From a virus, in IMG/VR virus record IMGVR_UViG_3300026183_000930, positions 32,001 through 96,000 of that record: a stretch of DNA of 64,000 bases, one strand, 5' to 3'. The notes beneath the pieces were generated by a model that did not search any database, was not told the DNA's origin, and worked only from the letters and a program-made list of their open reading frames with translations. This document shows positions 47,468 to 58,030 of the stretch, piece by piece. Numbering within the stretch: the first letter of the stretch is position 1; every line of letters begins with the position of its first letter. A program made the position numbers and the translations under genes.

Positions 47468-48541
47468 TTATCTCCCAAATGTTGTATCTTCAGGTGCTGG
47501 TCTTTCACCCAAAGGAATGTTGTAATAAAATATTTTTTCGTTACGATATATTCCAATTTTTATAATATCGCCTGGATCATAATCCCATAATGCTTCTATA
47601 AGTTCAATCTGTGTTGAAATTTTAGTATCATTTACAGAAACAATAAAGTCACCTTCTAGTAACCCTATTTCTTTTGCTGGCTGGCCATCAACTAACGATG
47701 AAATATAAATTATTGTGTCAATACCGTTGTCAAGCATTTTTTGATATAGTTCTTCATCTTCTAAGCCACCCATTGCTATACCAATCGAAGGTCTTTGATG
47801 TATGCCTCTGTCAATCAATCTTGTTACAACCCTGTCAACAAGTTTTGCAGGAATACTGTAACCATACCCAATATAAAATTTTGTAGGTGAAAATATTAGA
47901 ACATTAACTCCAACTACTTCTCCGTCTTCGTTAAACAAAGGACCACCACTGTTGCCTGGATTAATCACTGCGTCGGTTTGTATATAGTTAACAAAACTGT
48001 CAGCCGGATTAGGTCTATGAGTTGCACTCACAACTCCGCTAGTCAATGACCATACCATTGATAATCCATGACCATATGCATAAACATCATTGCCAAGTTC
48101 TACAGGCTGTTTTGCAAATTCTAAAATTTCGTGAGGCTGATTTGTGTTTACTTTTAATACTGCAATATCAATACTTTTGTCATAACCAACAACTGTTACA
48201 TTCTTTATTGCAAAAGGATAATGAGGCATCCATATTTGAATATTATCCATATTACGAATAACATGATAATTAGTCACAATGTGTTTGTCATTAATCCAAA
48301 ATCCTGTGCCCATGCCTGATAAATTTCTTTCTAGTTCTTCTGTTTTTGGAGGATTTTCTGGATTAAGAAATTTTTCAAACTTTTCTGTAGACCCTTGATC
48401 TGGTTCTACAAGATCTTCGCTACTGGCATTGTATACTAATACAATTCCTTTAGATATTTTTTCCCAATCAAGATTGTTTTCATGTGCATTGACATTTATT
48501 GGTAATACTATTAAACATAAAATTAAAAAAACTCTTATCAT
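47468..48541 (-). CDS. HtrA/DegP-like serine protease with PDZ domain
   Basis: TNYHV, DIAVL, INPGNSGGPL. Confidence 0.93.
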   Translation of the reverse strand: MIRVFLILCLIVLPINVNAHENNLDWEKISKGIVLVYNASSEDLVEPDQGSTEKFEKFLNPENPPKTEELERNLSGMGTGFWINDKHIVTNYHVIRNMDNIQIWMPHYPFAIKNVTVVGYDKSIDIAVLKVNTNQPHEILEFAKQPVELGNDVYAYGHGLSMVWSLTSGVVSATHRPNPADSFVNYIQTDAVINPGNSGGPLFNEDGEVVGVNVLIFSPTKFYIGYGYSIPAKLVDRVVTRLIDRGIHQRPSIGIAMGGLEDEELYQKMLDNGIDTIIYISSLVDGQPAKEIGLLEGDFIVSVNDTKISTQIELIEALWDYDPGDIIKIGIYRNEKIFYYNIPLGERPAPEDTTFGR

Positions 48542-48756
48542 TAAAACGACCCACCATCAAATAAAGATTCTCTGGGTTTTTGAATTTCTGCTGTTTCATT
48601 TTGCACTGAAGGAAATTTTGCCGACAGTATTTCAGATATTTCTAATGCTAACAGCACTGCTTTATCAGTGTCAAGACGTATTTCTTTTTGACGCAATGAT
48701 TTTGCATTTTTTACTATCTTATTAAAATGTTCTAAATTAGGATAACCCATGTTCAA
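48541..48756 (-). CDS. Hypothetical protein
   Basis: C-terminal DGGSF. Confidence 0.6.
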   Translation of the reverse strand: MNMGYPNLEHFNKIVKNAKSLRQKEIRLDTDKAVLLALEISEILSAKFPSVQNETAEIQKPRESLFDGGSF

Positions 48757-48760
48757 CCTT

Positions 48761-49240
48761 TTATATTTTTTGTTTCTTTTTGAAAGTACTTATATTTATG
48801 TTTGCTTCCATTTCGTTTTTGAATGGTCCAATCCAATTTAGGCATTTTTCTTCAAGTGTTTCCAACTTTGGATTGTAAGAAAAGAATGTACCACCCTCAA
48901 ATTGCACTCCATAATAACCAGCACAAAACAACTCTTTTCCACTAGGCGTTTTTGTAAAAATTGGTATATTTTGTTTCCATGTTGTGTTCCATGGTTTAAC
49001 TTTTGTTGGATATCCTTCAAACTCACTGGTTTCTTTGACTAAATCAGAAGTTTTTAATTCAGCAGAAAAAATATCACTGTTAAAAAATTCATTGACTTGT
49101 GTTTTTGTAAAAGTTTGTTTGTTATTTTCTTTGATCAATAAAAAACTATCAGTATCTTTTTTTTCCACTGTTGCAACATTGACATTATCATCTTTGACTA
49201 TCCAAAATTTATCTTTGATAATTTCTTTTGCGTATAACAT
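48761..49240 (-). CDS. Hypothetical phage protein
   Basis: FCAGYY, GPFK. Confidence 0.65.
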   Translation of the reverse strand: MLYAKEIIKDKFWIVKDDNVNVATVEKKDTDSFLLIKENNKQTFTKTQVNEFFNSDIFSAELKTSDLVKETSEFEGYPTKVKPWNTTWKQNIPIFTKTPSGKELFCAGYYGVQFEGGTFFSYNPKLETLEEKCLNWIGPFKNEMEANINISTFKKKQKI

Positions 49241-50208
49241 TAATTGTATCCGTTGTTTAGATATTTTGCATGATCTGTTGGGTTTTCAGCAAGTTTAGTC
49301 AAATTATATTTGTTACAAAATTTCATAAATCTCACACCAACTTGATCTATGTGCTTGGCATTTTGAGCATCTGCAATCTGCTTGAACACATCAACTTTAA
49401 CTTCTTCTGGTTGTTGTGTTAAATCAATAAGATGTTTGTTTCTTTCATAACAGTCTTTGACTCTATATTCATTACCATTATGATCAGTCCATCTTGCTAA
49501 CATAAAATTGTTCCATGCAAACCCTTGATTGTCTTTGTCATTAAATGCTTCTTTGATTTTAGTTGCTCTCACTCCAGGATAAGCACTAAACACATTGTCA
49601 GATGAGTCACCTCTGATACATTTTTCAAACAACATGTACTCTGGTTCAGGAGCCAATTTAGGTTGTTTTGTTTTTTTATCTATAATAGGATTATCTTTTT
49701 CATCATAATAACCACTTGAAGTGATTATTTGATTGGTCATTCCATTATAAATTGAAACTAAAGGATTAATCAATTGAAAGAAATCACTATCTGTACTTAC
49801 AATAATATTTCTAGCATCTTTATGAGCTTTGACCCATAATGCAATACAGTCATCTGCTTCTGCAATTGATGATCTCAAAGTAGAACAATTTGTTTGCTTG
49901 ACTATATAATCAAGAAAGTCATCATATGCTTCCCACCAAAATCTATCTTCTTCTTGTTCTTTAACTGATCTTTTGTCTGCAACTACTTTTCTATTTTTCT
50001 TATAAGGTTCATATACATCTTTACGCCAACTTCTGCCTTCCATACAAAAAACAACATGTCCTGCATTGAACATCTGATGAGCTTTCTTAACTGAATTAAA
50101 CATTATGTGGAATGCTAGTCCAATTTTCTCATCTAAACTTGTTGCACGACCAGAAACATGTCTAGCTCGAAAAAACATATTTTGTGTATCAACTAGTATA
50201 TAATTCAT
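49240..50208 (-). CDS. T4 RNase H-like 5'-3' exonuclease
   Basis: LVD, SWRK, YKKNR, EADD, STDSDF.QL, GDSSDNV. Confidence 0.9.
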   Translation of the reverse strand: MNYILVDTQNMFFRARHVSGRATSLDEKIGLAFHIMFNSVKKAHQMFNAGHVVFCMEGRSWRKDVYEPYKKNRKVVADKRSVKEQEEDRFWWEAYDDFLDYIVKQTNCSTLRSSIAEADDCIALWVKAHKDARNIIVSTDSDFFQLINPLVSIYNGMTNQIITSSGYYDEKDNPIIDKKTKQPKLAPEPEYMLFEKCIRGDSSDNVFSAYPGVRATKIKEAFNDKDNQGFAWNNFMLARWTDHNGNEYRVKDCYERNKHLIDLTQQPEEVKVDVFKQIADAQNAKHIDQVGVRFMKFCNKYNLTKLAENPTDHAKYLNNGYN

Positions 50209-50216
50209 TTTGTTTT

Positions 50217-50663
50217 TTATCCTTGATTGTGTCTACGATCTGTTTGTTGCAAATAGAGTTCATTTTCAACCCATAAACCATTTTTCATAAAGCCCCATTC
50301 TTTTCTTTTCTTGCCCATGTAAAATATACTCCAGCAAGGTATTTCGTTGCCATCTTTATCTTTTGCTAATTCTAAATAATGTAAATCTTCTGCTTTTCTA
50401 AATCTTATGTGTCCCGGACCTCTCCAAAATTTGCCTTCTGGAGTGTGTTCCCAATAGCCACCTTTAATAATCATAGCACCCCAATCCCATGGATGATCAT
50501 GCAGTGTGGGTTCATCACTAACTAAAACTTTGTGTAATGTTACGTTAAATGGAAAATCTTTTCTATCTTTTAAAAAAAGATAATACCTTACCAAATAAGG
50601 TATTTCGCCATATCTGTCATATATAATTCTTTTTCTGCTTTTAAAAAAATTAACTATACTCAA
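50217..50663 (-). CDS. Cupin-like hypothetical protein
   Basis: LHDHPW, GGYWEH, WGF. Confidence 0.65.
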   Translation of the reverse strand: MSIVNFFKSRKRIIYDRYGEIPYLVRYYLFLKDRKDFPFNVTLHKVLVSDEPTLHDHPWDWGAMIIKGGYWEHTPEGKFWRGPGHIRFRKAEDLHYLELAKDKDGNEIPCWSIFYMGKKRKEWGFMKNGLWVENELYLQQTDRRHNQG

Positions 50664-51162
50664 CTTTCCCGTCCCCTATTTCAGTTTTGTTTTCTTTGAT
50701 GTTGTCTTTTAATTCTTGTACGACATCAGAATCCATTTCTTCCATCATTACATTTCTACAAAGATCATTAAACCACTTGTTTACAACATCCTCGTCTTTT
50801 TCACCTGTGTATCCTGCTGTTACTAAATCATCAACAAACTTTTGATTCCAATCAAGTTCAAACCAACCATTTTTTGGCTTTGCTGGATTAAAGTTTGTTT
50901 TTAACACACCAACATATGGTTCATTTTTGATTGTTGAAACTTGCTTGTCATGTTCAACATCAGATAATTTGCCATACTTTTTATCAACACCCAATAATGC
51001 TATTTGTTTTTCTTCATCATTAGTTATTTCAAGATCAATCAACTTCTTTTCAAGTTCTTCACCTGCTAGATTGTATTTGGCTTTTGAAATCTCTCTTTGT
51101 TTTTTATCTTTTTGCCAATATTCTTTTGTAAAAATAAAAGGCATTTTTATTTTATTTTTCAT
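50650..51162 (-). CDS. Hypothetical phage protein
   Basis: FELDWN..FV, WF.DLCR. Confidence 0.7.
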   Translation of the reverse strand: MKNKIKMPFIFTKEYWQKDKKQREISKAKYNLAGEELEKKLIDLEITNDEEKQIALLGVDKKYGKLSDVEHDKQVSTIKNEPYVGVLKTNFNPAKPKNGWFELDWNQKFVDDLVTAGYTGEKDEDVVNKWFNDLCRNVMMEEMDSDVVQELKDNIKENKTEIGDGKVEYS

Positions 51163-51198
51163 ATGAGTCCTTTCTTTCGCATATTATCTATCCAATCT

Positions 51199-52071
51199 TT
51201 ACGTTCCCCAGGCGTTTCCGAAGATATCGACGTGTAATCTAGGTGTGTATCTCCAGCCTCGTTCCATTGCGAGTTCGGCCACTCGTTTAGTGTTGAGTTT
51301 GTACTCTTCTGATCGTCCGCCGAGTGGCATGATGTAAACCGGAACTTCAATACCTTGTTTTGTATACTCTTGTACAGCTCTGGTAACTTCATCCACGTCA
51401 TCATTATCAGAAACCACAAACTTGAAATACATATCACTGTTAGCCACACTGTAATAACTATGAGCAACATTAGGCTTAATAGCATCACTCCAAGACTCGC
51501 CTGATACGGAAAGTTTCGGAGAGCAACTAAAAGTAAATTGTATCCTTGTTTGATTTTCAAGATAATCTCTGAAATCATTGTGTAAAGTCTGTGTTGTATT
51601 TGTTTCAAATGTGACATTTTTCAAATCTCTCATTCTAGGATGTTCAAATAATTCAATGTAAAGTCTTTGCCATCCCAACAAAGGCTCTCCACCTGTCATA
51701 ATAAGATGAACGTCTTGACCATTTGACATTGTCCATTTGCCTTCTGGTGTTAAACTTAACAAATGATCTACAACTTCATCTACTGTTTTATCCATCATGT
51801 ATTTTTTAAATTCAGGATAGATACTAGCATACGTATCACAACCAGTATGCACAATTGGTAAATCTTCAAATTTTTCTACTTTGTCTAATATACCATTGTC
51901 TAACAGTTCTTTAACTTCTGTGTTGTATTTTCCTTTGACTGTGTTTTTTGCTATACCAAAGTTCATACAACGAAAATTACAACCAAAGGTACGTAAAAAC
52001 ACACTTGGTACTCCTACAAATTTACCTTCACCTTGCACACTGTAAAATGCTTCACTATATCTTAATTTCAT
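51199..52071 (-). CDS. queE: 7-carboxy-7-deazaguanine synthase (radical SAM)
   Basis: FYSVQGEG..VGVPSVFLR.FGCNFRC...CDT, TGGEP, SPKL, PRLH. Confidence 0.92.
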   Translation of the reverse strand: MKLRYSEAFYSVQGEGKFVGVPSVFLRTFGCNFRCMNFGIAKNTVKGKYNTEVKELLDNGILDKVEKFEDLPIVHTGCDTYASIYPEFKKYMMDKTVDEVVDHLLSLTPEGKWTMSNGQDVHLIMTGGEPLLGWQRLYIELFEHPRMRDLKNVTFETNTTQTLHNDFRDYLENQTRIQFTFSCSPKLSVSGESWSDAIKPNVAHSYYSVANSDMYFKFVVSDNDDVDEVTRAVQEYTKQGIEVPVYIMPLGGRSEEYKLNTKRVAELAMERGWRYTPRLHVDIFGNAWGT

Positions 52072-52126
52072 TTTTCACCTATTTCTTATATATTATACAT
52101 TATTTAGAAAAAATGTCAACTAAAGA

Positions 52127-52648
52127 TTACTGTTTTAGATTCTCTAAAATAGAGTTAATAATTGGGCTTTCTACTGCGTCTCGTTTCCACCAATCTTCCC
52201 ATGGATAAACCAACCAAACATCTTTTTTGTCCTTGTCAATCGAAGTACCATACCAATCCACTGCAAAATTACTTGGTTTGTTGTAATGTAAACAACAAAA
52301 CCTAGCATCTAAACCTTTGTAGTTCTGTAAAATATCCTGTTTTAGTTTTTTAAAAGTGTCTCCTGTATCGCAGATGTCATCAACTATACATATTTTTTCA
52401 ACTTTTGAAAAGTTTTCAGACTGTGTGTTCCAACTTGGATGATCTCTTAATGCCGCTTCAATAGGAACAAAGGGTTTTCCTAAAAAATGGCTTAACATAA
52501 TTCCTGGAACTAAACCACCTCTGCTTAATCCAACTATTATATCAGGAACAAAATCATCTTTGTTCATTTTTTCTATTATTAAAGTCAGATAAGATGCAAC
52601 TGTGGCATGATTAATATATTTTTTACTCAAAGTCACTGTATACCTCAT
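52127..52648 (-). CDS. Purine (xanthine/guanine-type) phosphoribosyltransferase
   Basis: GLSRGGLVPG, IVDDICDTGDT, WLVYPWE. Confidence 0.88.
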   Translation of the reverse strand: MRYTVTLSKKYINHATVASYLTLIIEKMNKDDFVPDIIVGLSRGGLVPGIMLSHFLGKPFVPIEAALRDHPSWNTQSENFSKVEKICIVDDICDTGDTFKKLKQDILQNYKGLDARFCCLHYNKPSNFAVDWYGTSIDKDKKDVWLVYPWEDWWKRDAVESPIINSILENLKQ

Positions 52649-53738
52649 TTACTTGTTTATTAACTTGAACAAACGTTGCACATTTAGGCATGTCCTTTAA
52701 TCGCCTTGCACCAATATAGGTACAACTGCTACGCACACCTCCTAAAATATCTTGCACTGTTGATTCAATTTTACCTTTGTAAGGAATTAGCACTTCTCTT
52801 CCTTCTGAAGATCTGTACTCTTTCATTCCTCCAAAATGTTTGTTGTTGGCCGCTTTTGAACTCATACCATAGAATTGAACAAACTGCTTTTCTTGATAAT
52901 GAGGTAAGTAGTTGCCATTTTCTAAACGTGTTGCTTCACCATTAGCAAAATGTTTAGTAATTACTTTTCCGCCGCCTTCATCATGGCCAGCAAACATGCC
53001 TCCTAGCATGACAAAATCTGAACCAGATGCAAATGCTTTTGATACATCTCCAGGAACAACACAACCACCATCTGCAATGACCATGCCTCCAACACCGTGT
53101 GCCGCATCGGCACACTCAATCATTCCTGACAGTTGAGGAACTCCAATACCAGTTTTTAATCTAGTAGTACAAACTGATCCTGGTCCTATACCGCATTTTA
53201 CAATATCAGCACCTTTTAATATCAGTTCTTCTGTTGCTCCTCCTGTAATAACATTACCAGCAATGATAGTTTTGTCAGGATACATATCTCTAACTTGACT
53301 AACAAAGTCAATAAACCTTTGATGATATCCGTTAGCAACATCAATTGTAATAAAATTAATATCTGGCCAACGTCTTAAAATTTCTTGCATGTTAGCAAAA
53401 TCTTGTGCCTCATCATCTTTAATTTTACTTGTTCCAGTACATACACTTACATATTTTAATTTTAATCCATTGCCAACAGCACTTGCCCAATCATCAACTG
53501 AATAATGTTTGTTCATAACTGTTAAAATTCTGTGTTTCTGTAAAACTTTGGCTACTTCAAATGTGCCAACGCCGTCCATGTTGGCGGCCATAATAGGTAT
53601 GCACTTGAGTGATTTTTTACTGTGAAGAAAAGTAAACTCTCTTTCCATAACAACATCACTTCTTGATGTTAATACTGATCTTTTGGGTTCTAATAAAACG
53701 TCTCTGTAGTCTAATTTAATATCTGGTTTAATTCTCAT
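52623..53738 (-). CDS. guaC: GMP reductase
   Basis: [49 protein letters not shown]. Confidence 0.93.
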   Translation of the reverse strand: MRIKPDIKLDYRDVLLEPKRSVLTSRSDVVMEREFTFLHSKKSLKCIPIMAANMDGVGTFEVAKVLQKHRILTVMNKHYSVDDWASAVGNGLKLKYVSVCTGTSKIKDDEAQDFANMQEILRRWPDINFITIDVANGYHQRFIDFVSQVRDMYPDKTIIAGNVITGGATEELILKGADIVKCGIGPGSVCTTRLKTGIGVPQLSGMIECADAAHGVGGMVIADGGCVVPGDVSKAFASGSDFVMLGGMFAGHDEGGGKVITKHFANGEATRLENGNYLPHYQEKQFVQFYGMSSKAANNKHFGGMKEYRSSEGREVLIPYKGKIESTVQDILGGVRSSCTYIGARRLKDMPKCATFVQVNKQVNEVYSDFE

Positions 53739-53759
53739 TTTTATAACCTTATAAGAAAC

Positions 53760-53783
53760 TTGTAGGGGGAATTCCCCCTACAA
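53760..53783. terminator. Palindromic hairpin between permease and guaC
   Basis: TTGTAGGGGGAATTCCCCCTACAA. Confidence 0.5.
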
Positions 53784-53798
53784 TAAAACATAGTCTTA

Positions 53799-55091
53799 TT
53801 ATACTGCAATGAAGTAAATTAAACTTACTAGTGCAATAGCAAGACTGCCTCCGTTTAATTCCGCATGTTTACCACTTGCGGCTTTGATAACCACATAGGC
53901 TATGAAACCTAATGCAATACCATAAGCAATACTAAATGTCAAAGGCATAATTACAGCCGCCAACACAGCCGGAGCATATTCGCTTACGTCATCCCAATCA
54001 ATATCTTTGAGATTTCTCAAAAAGTATGTTGCAATGAATATCAATGCAGGTGCAGTTGCAAATGCTGGAATACTCTGTGCCAAAGGAGCAAAGAATAAAC
54101 ACAATGCAAATAATATTGCAACTGTGACAGACGTTAATCCTGTTTTTCCACCTTCTTTGATACCAGCACCTGATTCAATATAAGATGTTGTGTTTGAAGT
54201 TCCTGCTAATGCACCCACTGATGTAGCAACAGAATCTGATAATAAAGCTCTATCAATTCCTTCAACTTCACCGTTTTTGTTTACTTTACCTGTAAGGTTA
54301 GCCACAGAAGTCAAAGTACCTGCTGTGTCCATAAAGTCAACAAATAAGAATGCAAATGCAGTTCCAATAAATCCTGCTGTTGCAATCAAACTAAAGTCTA
54401 AACTAAATGCATGAGCTGGACTTGGTATTGCACCTGCCACACCATTTAGATCAGATATTCCAAATACCCAAGCAATGATACTCACTGCCAAGATACCAAT
54501 TATGATTGCACCTGGTACTTTTCTTTTGTCAAGAATTGCCATCACAGCAAAACCTAAACCTGCAAGTAACACTGGCCACGATGAAATATCACCTAAGCCA
54601 ACTAATGTTGCTGGATTGTCTACCACAATACCTGCATTTTTAAAACCAATGATAGCAAGGAATAAACCTATACCTGCACCAACACCTAATTTCATTGAAC
54701 GCGGTATTGAATTGATAATATATTTTCTTGCTGGTGTTACACTCAAACCAATAAACACCAAACCTGCAATGAATACTGCCGCTAGTGCCTGTTGAAAAGT
54801 ATATCCCATACCAAAGATTACACCAAATGTAAAGAACGCATTAAGTCCCATACCTGGTGCTAGAGCCACAGGCCAATTTGCCCATAATCCCATAATTAAT
54901 GTACCTACCACTGCGGCAATAATTGTTGCTGTAAACACAGCACCAAAAGCCATTCCTGTACCTTCTGTTGAAAGTATTGCAGGATTGACCACAGTAATAT
55001 AGGCCATTGTTAAAAATGTAGCCAAACCTGCCATTACTTCAGTTTTGACTGTTGTACCGGCTTTAGACAAGCCGAATAGTTTTTCTAACAT
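53799..55091 (-). CDS. NCS2/AzgA-family purine permease
   Basis: TFLTMAYI..VNPAIL, LAPGMGLNAFF, YIESGAG, MPLTFSIA. Confidence 0.93.
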   Translation of the reverse strand: MLEKLFGLSKAGTTVKTEVMAGLATFLTMAYITVVNPAILSTEGTGMAFGAVFTATIIAAVVGTLIMGLWANWPVALAPGMGLNAFFTFGVIFGMGYTFQQALAAVFIAGLVFIGLSVTPARKYIINSIPRSMKLGVGAGIGLFLAIIGFKNAGIVVDNPATLVGLGDISSWPVLLAGLGFAVMAILDKRKVPGAIIIGILAVSIIAWVFGISDLNGVAGAIPSPAHAFSLDFSLIATAGFIGTAFAFLFVDFMDTAGTLTSVANLTGKVNKNGEVEGIDRALLSDSVATSVGALAGTSNTTSYIESGAGIKEGGKTGLTSVTVAILFALCLFFAPLAQSIPAFATAPALIFIATYFLRNLKDIDWDDVSEYAPAVLAAVIMPLTFSIAYGIALGFIAYVVIKAASGKHAELNGGSLAIALVSLIYFIAV

Positions 55092-55110
55092 AGTTTTCCT
55101 CCTATTAGAT

Positions 55111-55791
55111 TTAGTTGCTGTGCCCTTTCATAGACAAGCAAATTTTATAAAATTCATCTCGTGTTGCTGGATCATCTTTAAATGCTCCTAACATGATTGC
55201 AGTTGTCATATCTGACTCATGCTCTCTTACACCCCTATGTGTCATACAGTGATGTTCTGCTTTCACTACCACAGCAACGTTTTTAGTATGAGCATACTCT
55301 TGCAATTCTTCTGCAATTTGTGTAGTCATCTCTTCCTGTATCTGTGGTCGTTCCGCAATGTGATGAATAATTCTGTTGAATTTACTTAAACCAATAACTT
55401 CACCATTTGGAATAATACCCACCCATGCTTTACCTACAATGTTTTGAAAATGATGAGCACAGGTTGATTTGATTGATATTGGTCCTGATGTGTACATACT
55501 TTTGTAACCCATGTTGGGAAAACTTGTGACCTTTGGCATTGGTCTGTATCTTCCACCAAACACTTCTTTGACCCACATTTTTGCCACACGTCTTGCTGTG
55601 TCTTTTGTGTTGTGATCGTTGTCAGTGTCAATTACTAGTGTTTGTAACACATCATAAAACTTATTTTCTACTTCTTGTTGAAGAAGATCAATTTCACCTT
55701 CTTTGATATACTCGCTGATATTGTCATTGCAATGATATCTGGCCTTTGCTTCTTCAAGTCTTTGTTTGATTTGTTTGCTTATTTCTGTCAT
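55111..55791 (-). CDS. folE: GTP cyclohydrolase I
   Basis: TARRVAK, STCAHH, GLSKF, PQIQE, HHCMTHRGV. Confidence 0.95.
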   Translation of the reverse strand: MTEISKQIKQRLEEAKARYHCNDNISEYIKEGEIDLLQQEVENKFYDVLQTLVIDTDNDHNTKDTARRVAKMWVKEVFGGRYRPMPKVTSFPNMGYKSMYTSGPISIKSTCAHHFQNIVGKAWVGIIPNGEVIGLSKFNRIIHHIAERPQIQEEMTTQIAEELQEYAHTKNVAVVVKAEHHCMTHRGVREHESDMTTAIMLGAFKDDPATRDEFYKICLSMKGHSN

Positions 55792-55821
55792 TTGTTTCTC
55801 CGAGTTATAGTCGTGGATGAC

Positions 55822-56862
55822 TTAAGAAGGAATTTTTGTGAGGTCAATCTTCTTATATGCATCGCTATTCAACCAGTTTACTGTATCTTGACATATTTTG
55901 TCAATCTCTGAATTTATTGGATTCCAATTTAACATTTTTGTTGTTTTTGAAATATCTGCTGAAACATGAGTAGGGTCACCTTCTCTTTTTGGAAACTCTT
56001 TCACAGGAATTGTTTTACCTAATGCTTTTTCCATCGATGAAACTACTTGTTTAACACTGAAACCTTTGCCGGCACCTACATTAAACACTTCAGCAATAGG
56101 TTGTTGTTGATTTTCTAAAAAGTCATTTGCTAATTTAAATGCTTTTGCAACATCCCATACATGTGTGTAATCTCTAATTGCTGTGCCGTCTGGTGTGTCA
56201 TAGTCAGTGCCAAATATTGTGAAGTGTTCTTTTCTACCTGCGGCCACTTCAACCACATTTGGAATCAAATGTGTTGGTTTGATTCTAACTTCACCTATTT
56301 CACAATCAGGTGATGCACCACAAACATTAAACAATCTCAGTGCAACTGATTTTAAATCATATGCTCTAGCATAATCTTTCAAAACTTCTTCAACCATTAA
56401 CTTTGATTTACCATAACTTGTTAAAGGTCTTTTTGATACATCTTCTGTTATTGGTGGTGTATGACCATCTCCATATACAGATGATGTTGAAGCAAAAACA
56501 AACTTTTTTACTCCGTGCTTGACACACATATCTAACAGTTGAATTGTACCGTAGACATTGTTACGATAATATTTGCTTGGTTCAGTTACCGAAGGACCTA
56601 CTAAACTGTTTGCCGCTAAATGAAAAACACAATCAAAATTGTTTTTTTGAAAAAGTTCATCAAGCATTGGTAAGTCTGCTTCTTTGTTATAATCAAGACT
56701 GTGTCCTTGTGCAAATCTATTTGCAAAAGGTCTTGTTCCTAAGTTTCTATCAATAGATAGAACTTGATATCCACTTTCTAAAAGATATTTGCTAACATGA
56801 GAACCCACATAACCAGTTCCACCTGTTACCAAAACTTTTTTAATACTTTGAGTTTGCGACAT
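55822..56862 (-). CDS. galE: UDP-glucose 4-epimerase-like
   Basis: GGTGYVG, YGKSK, FGTDYDTPDGT.IRDY.HV. Confidence 0.9.
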   Translation of the reverse strand: MSQTQSIKKVLVTGGTGYVGSHVSKYLLESGYQVLSIDRNLGTRPFANRFAQGHSLDYNKEADLPMLDELFQKNNFDCVFHLAANSLVGPSVTEPSKYYRNNVYGTIQLLDMCVKHGVKKFVFASTSSVYGDGHTPPITEDVSKRPLTSYGKSKLMVEEVLKDYARAYDLKSVALRLFNVCGASPDCEIGEVRIKPTHLIPNVVEVAAGRKEHFTIFGTDYDTPDGTAIRDYTHVWDVAKAFKLANDFLENQQQPIAEVFNVGAGKGFSVKQVVSSMEKALGKTIPVKEFPKREGDPTHVSADISKTTKMLNWNPINSEIDKICQDTVNWLNSDAYKKIDLTKIPS

Positions 56863-58018
56863 AATCTCTATACCTATTTCCGCTTCTTAGCCATTGTTCG
56901 CCATGGCCTTGCATGATATCGATCATACGGTCGATAGTTCCGTTGTTCCAATCTGAAATTCTTCCTTGATTACCATGTGGTTTTTGCAAAGACATTTTTA
57001 TTTTGTCAATTGCATCTCTTTTGCTCCATGGCACATATAATCTTGTGTGATCATTTGCAAATGTTTCAGGGAAACTTCTGTATGCTGGATAAACAACATT
57101 ACATCCTAATGCATCTGCTTCACTTACTGTGTTTGACACCCAATCCTGTAAAGCACAATTGAATAGAACTTTACTTTTGTTTACTAGATCATAATAATCA
57201 TTCTTTTTGAGATTTTCATAAACTTTAAATCTACCATTGGTGCTGATTTCTAAATCTTTTGCTCTTTCAACATATTTGACATTGTTGCTTCTCAAAGGAC
57301 CTCCAGACAGTATTGCAAACTCAACATCTGGTCTTTGTTGTAATACTTCTTGTACTATGTCCATAAAAAAGTCTGGTTGTTTTTCTTGATCAAATCTTGC
57401 CGCAAACACAACACGATTATCACGTTCTTCCCAACTATTGATTTTTGCAACTCTGCTTACTACTTCTTCTTTGCCAAAGCTCAAACCTGATATGTTGTAA
57501 ATGGGTGCTGACCAATTGGCAATTCTCATGTGTGCAACCATTTCTTCATTGGTAGCAAGTATATTCACATTTGGAATTTCATTGCACATCTGTTCATACA
57601 AACTCATCCATTTAGCCATGCCCCAAACATGAACAAAGTCATCTGGGTCTACTGCCTGTGCTAGACATCTCAAATAAATTTTTGGTCTGTGTTGTTCTGG
57701 TACTTGACAAAGAATATATGGTAATGATTCCATACCTGGTTGAAACATGTCTTCGAAAAACACAGCATCTTCAGATGTTACATCACCGTTACGCATCATC
57801 TGTACTAGATTCATAATCTGACTCATGCCAAAATAACTTCTGCCATGTGCATCTAACACTTGTCCTACGGAAATTGATTTGGTATTATCAATTGTTTCTC
57901 CAGGCACAATAACATAATCAATGTTTCTTCTTTTAAAAGCTCTTTCTGACCAGTCTTGTAACTGAAGTGTGTATCTTCCCTCATATGGTTCTAATCCCAT
58001 GTAAAACAGTTTTCTCAT
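56840..58018 (-). CDS. GT-B (GT4-like) glycosyltransferase
   Basis: RFDQEKQP, D.VS.TVSEA..LGC, FPE. Confidence 0.75.
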   Translation of the reverse strand: MRKLFYMGLEPYEGRYTLQLQDWSERAFKRRNIDYVIVPGETIDNTKSISVGQVLDAHGRSYFGMSQIMNLVQMMRNGDVTSEDAVFFEDMFQPGMESLPYILCQVPEQHRPKIYLRCLAQAVDPDDFVHVWGMAKWMSLYEQMCNEIPNVNILATNEEMVAHMRIANWSAPIYNISGLSFGKEEVVSRVAKINSWEERDNRVVFAARFDQEKQPDFFMDIVQEVLQQRPDVEFAILSGGPLRSNNVKYVERAKDLEISTNGRFKVYENLKKNDYYDLVNKSKVLFNCALQDWVSNTVSEADALGCNVVYPAYRSFPETFANDHTRLYVPWSKRDAIDKIKMSLQKPHGNQGRISDWNNGTIDRMIDIMQGHGEQWLRSGNRYRDYVANSKY

Positions 58019-58030
58019 AATTTTATACTA

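Noticed and set aside
51159-51617. 152-aa ORF overlapping queE
   Set aside because: Alternate frame inside a well-conserved gene, with no supporting signals.
55792-55822. preQ1 or THF riboswitch before folE
   Set aside because: Only a 4-bp hairpin (AGUC-AUCCAC-GACU) in a 30-nt gap; lacks the consensus features I can recall.
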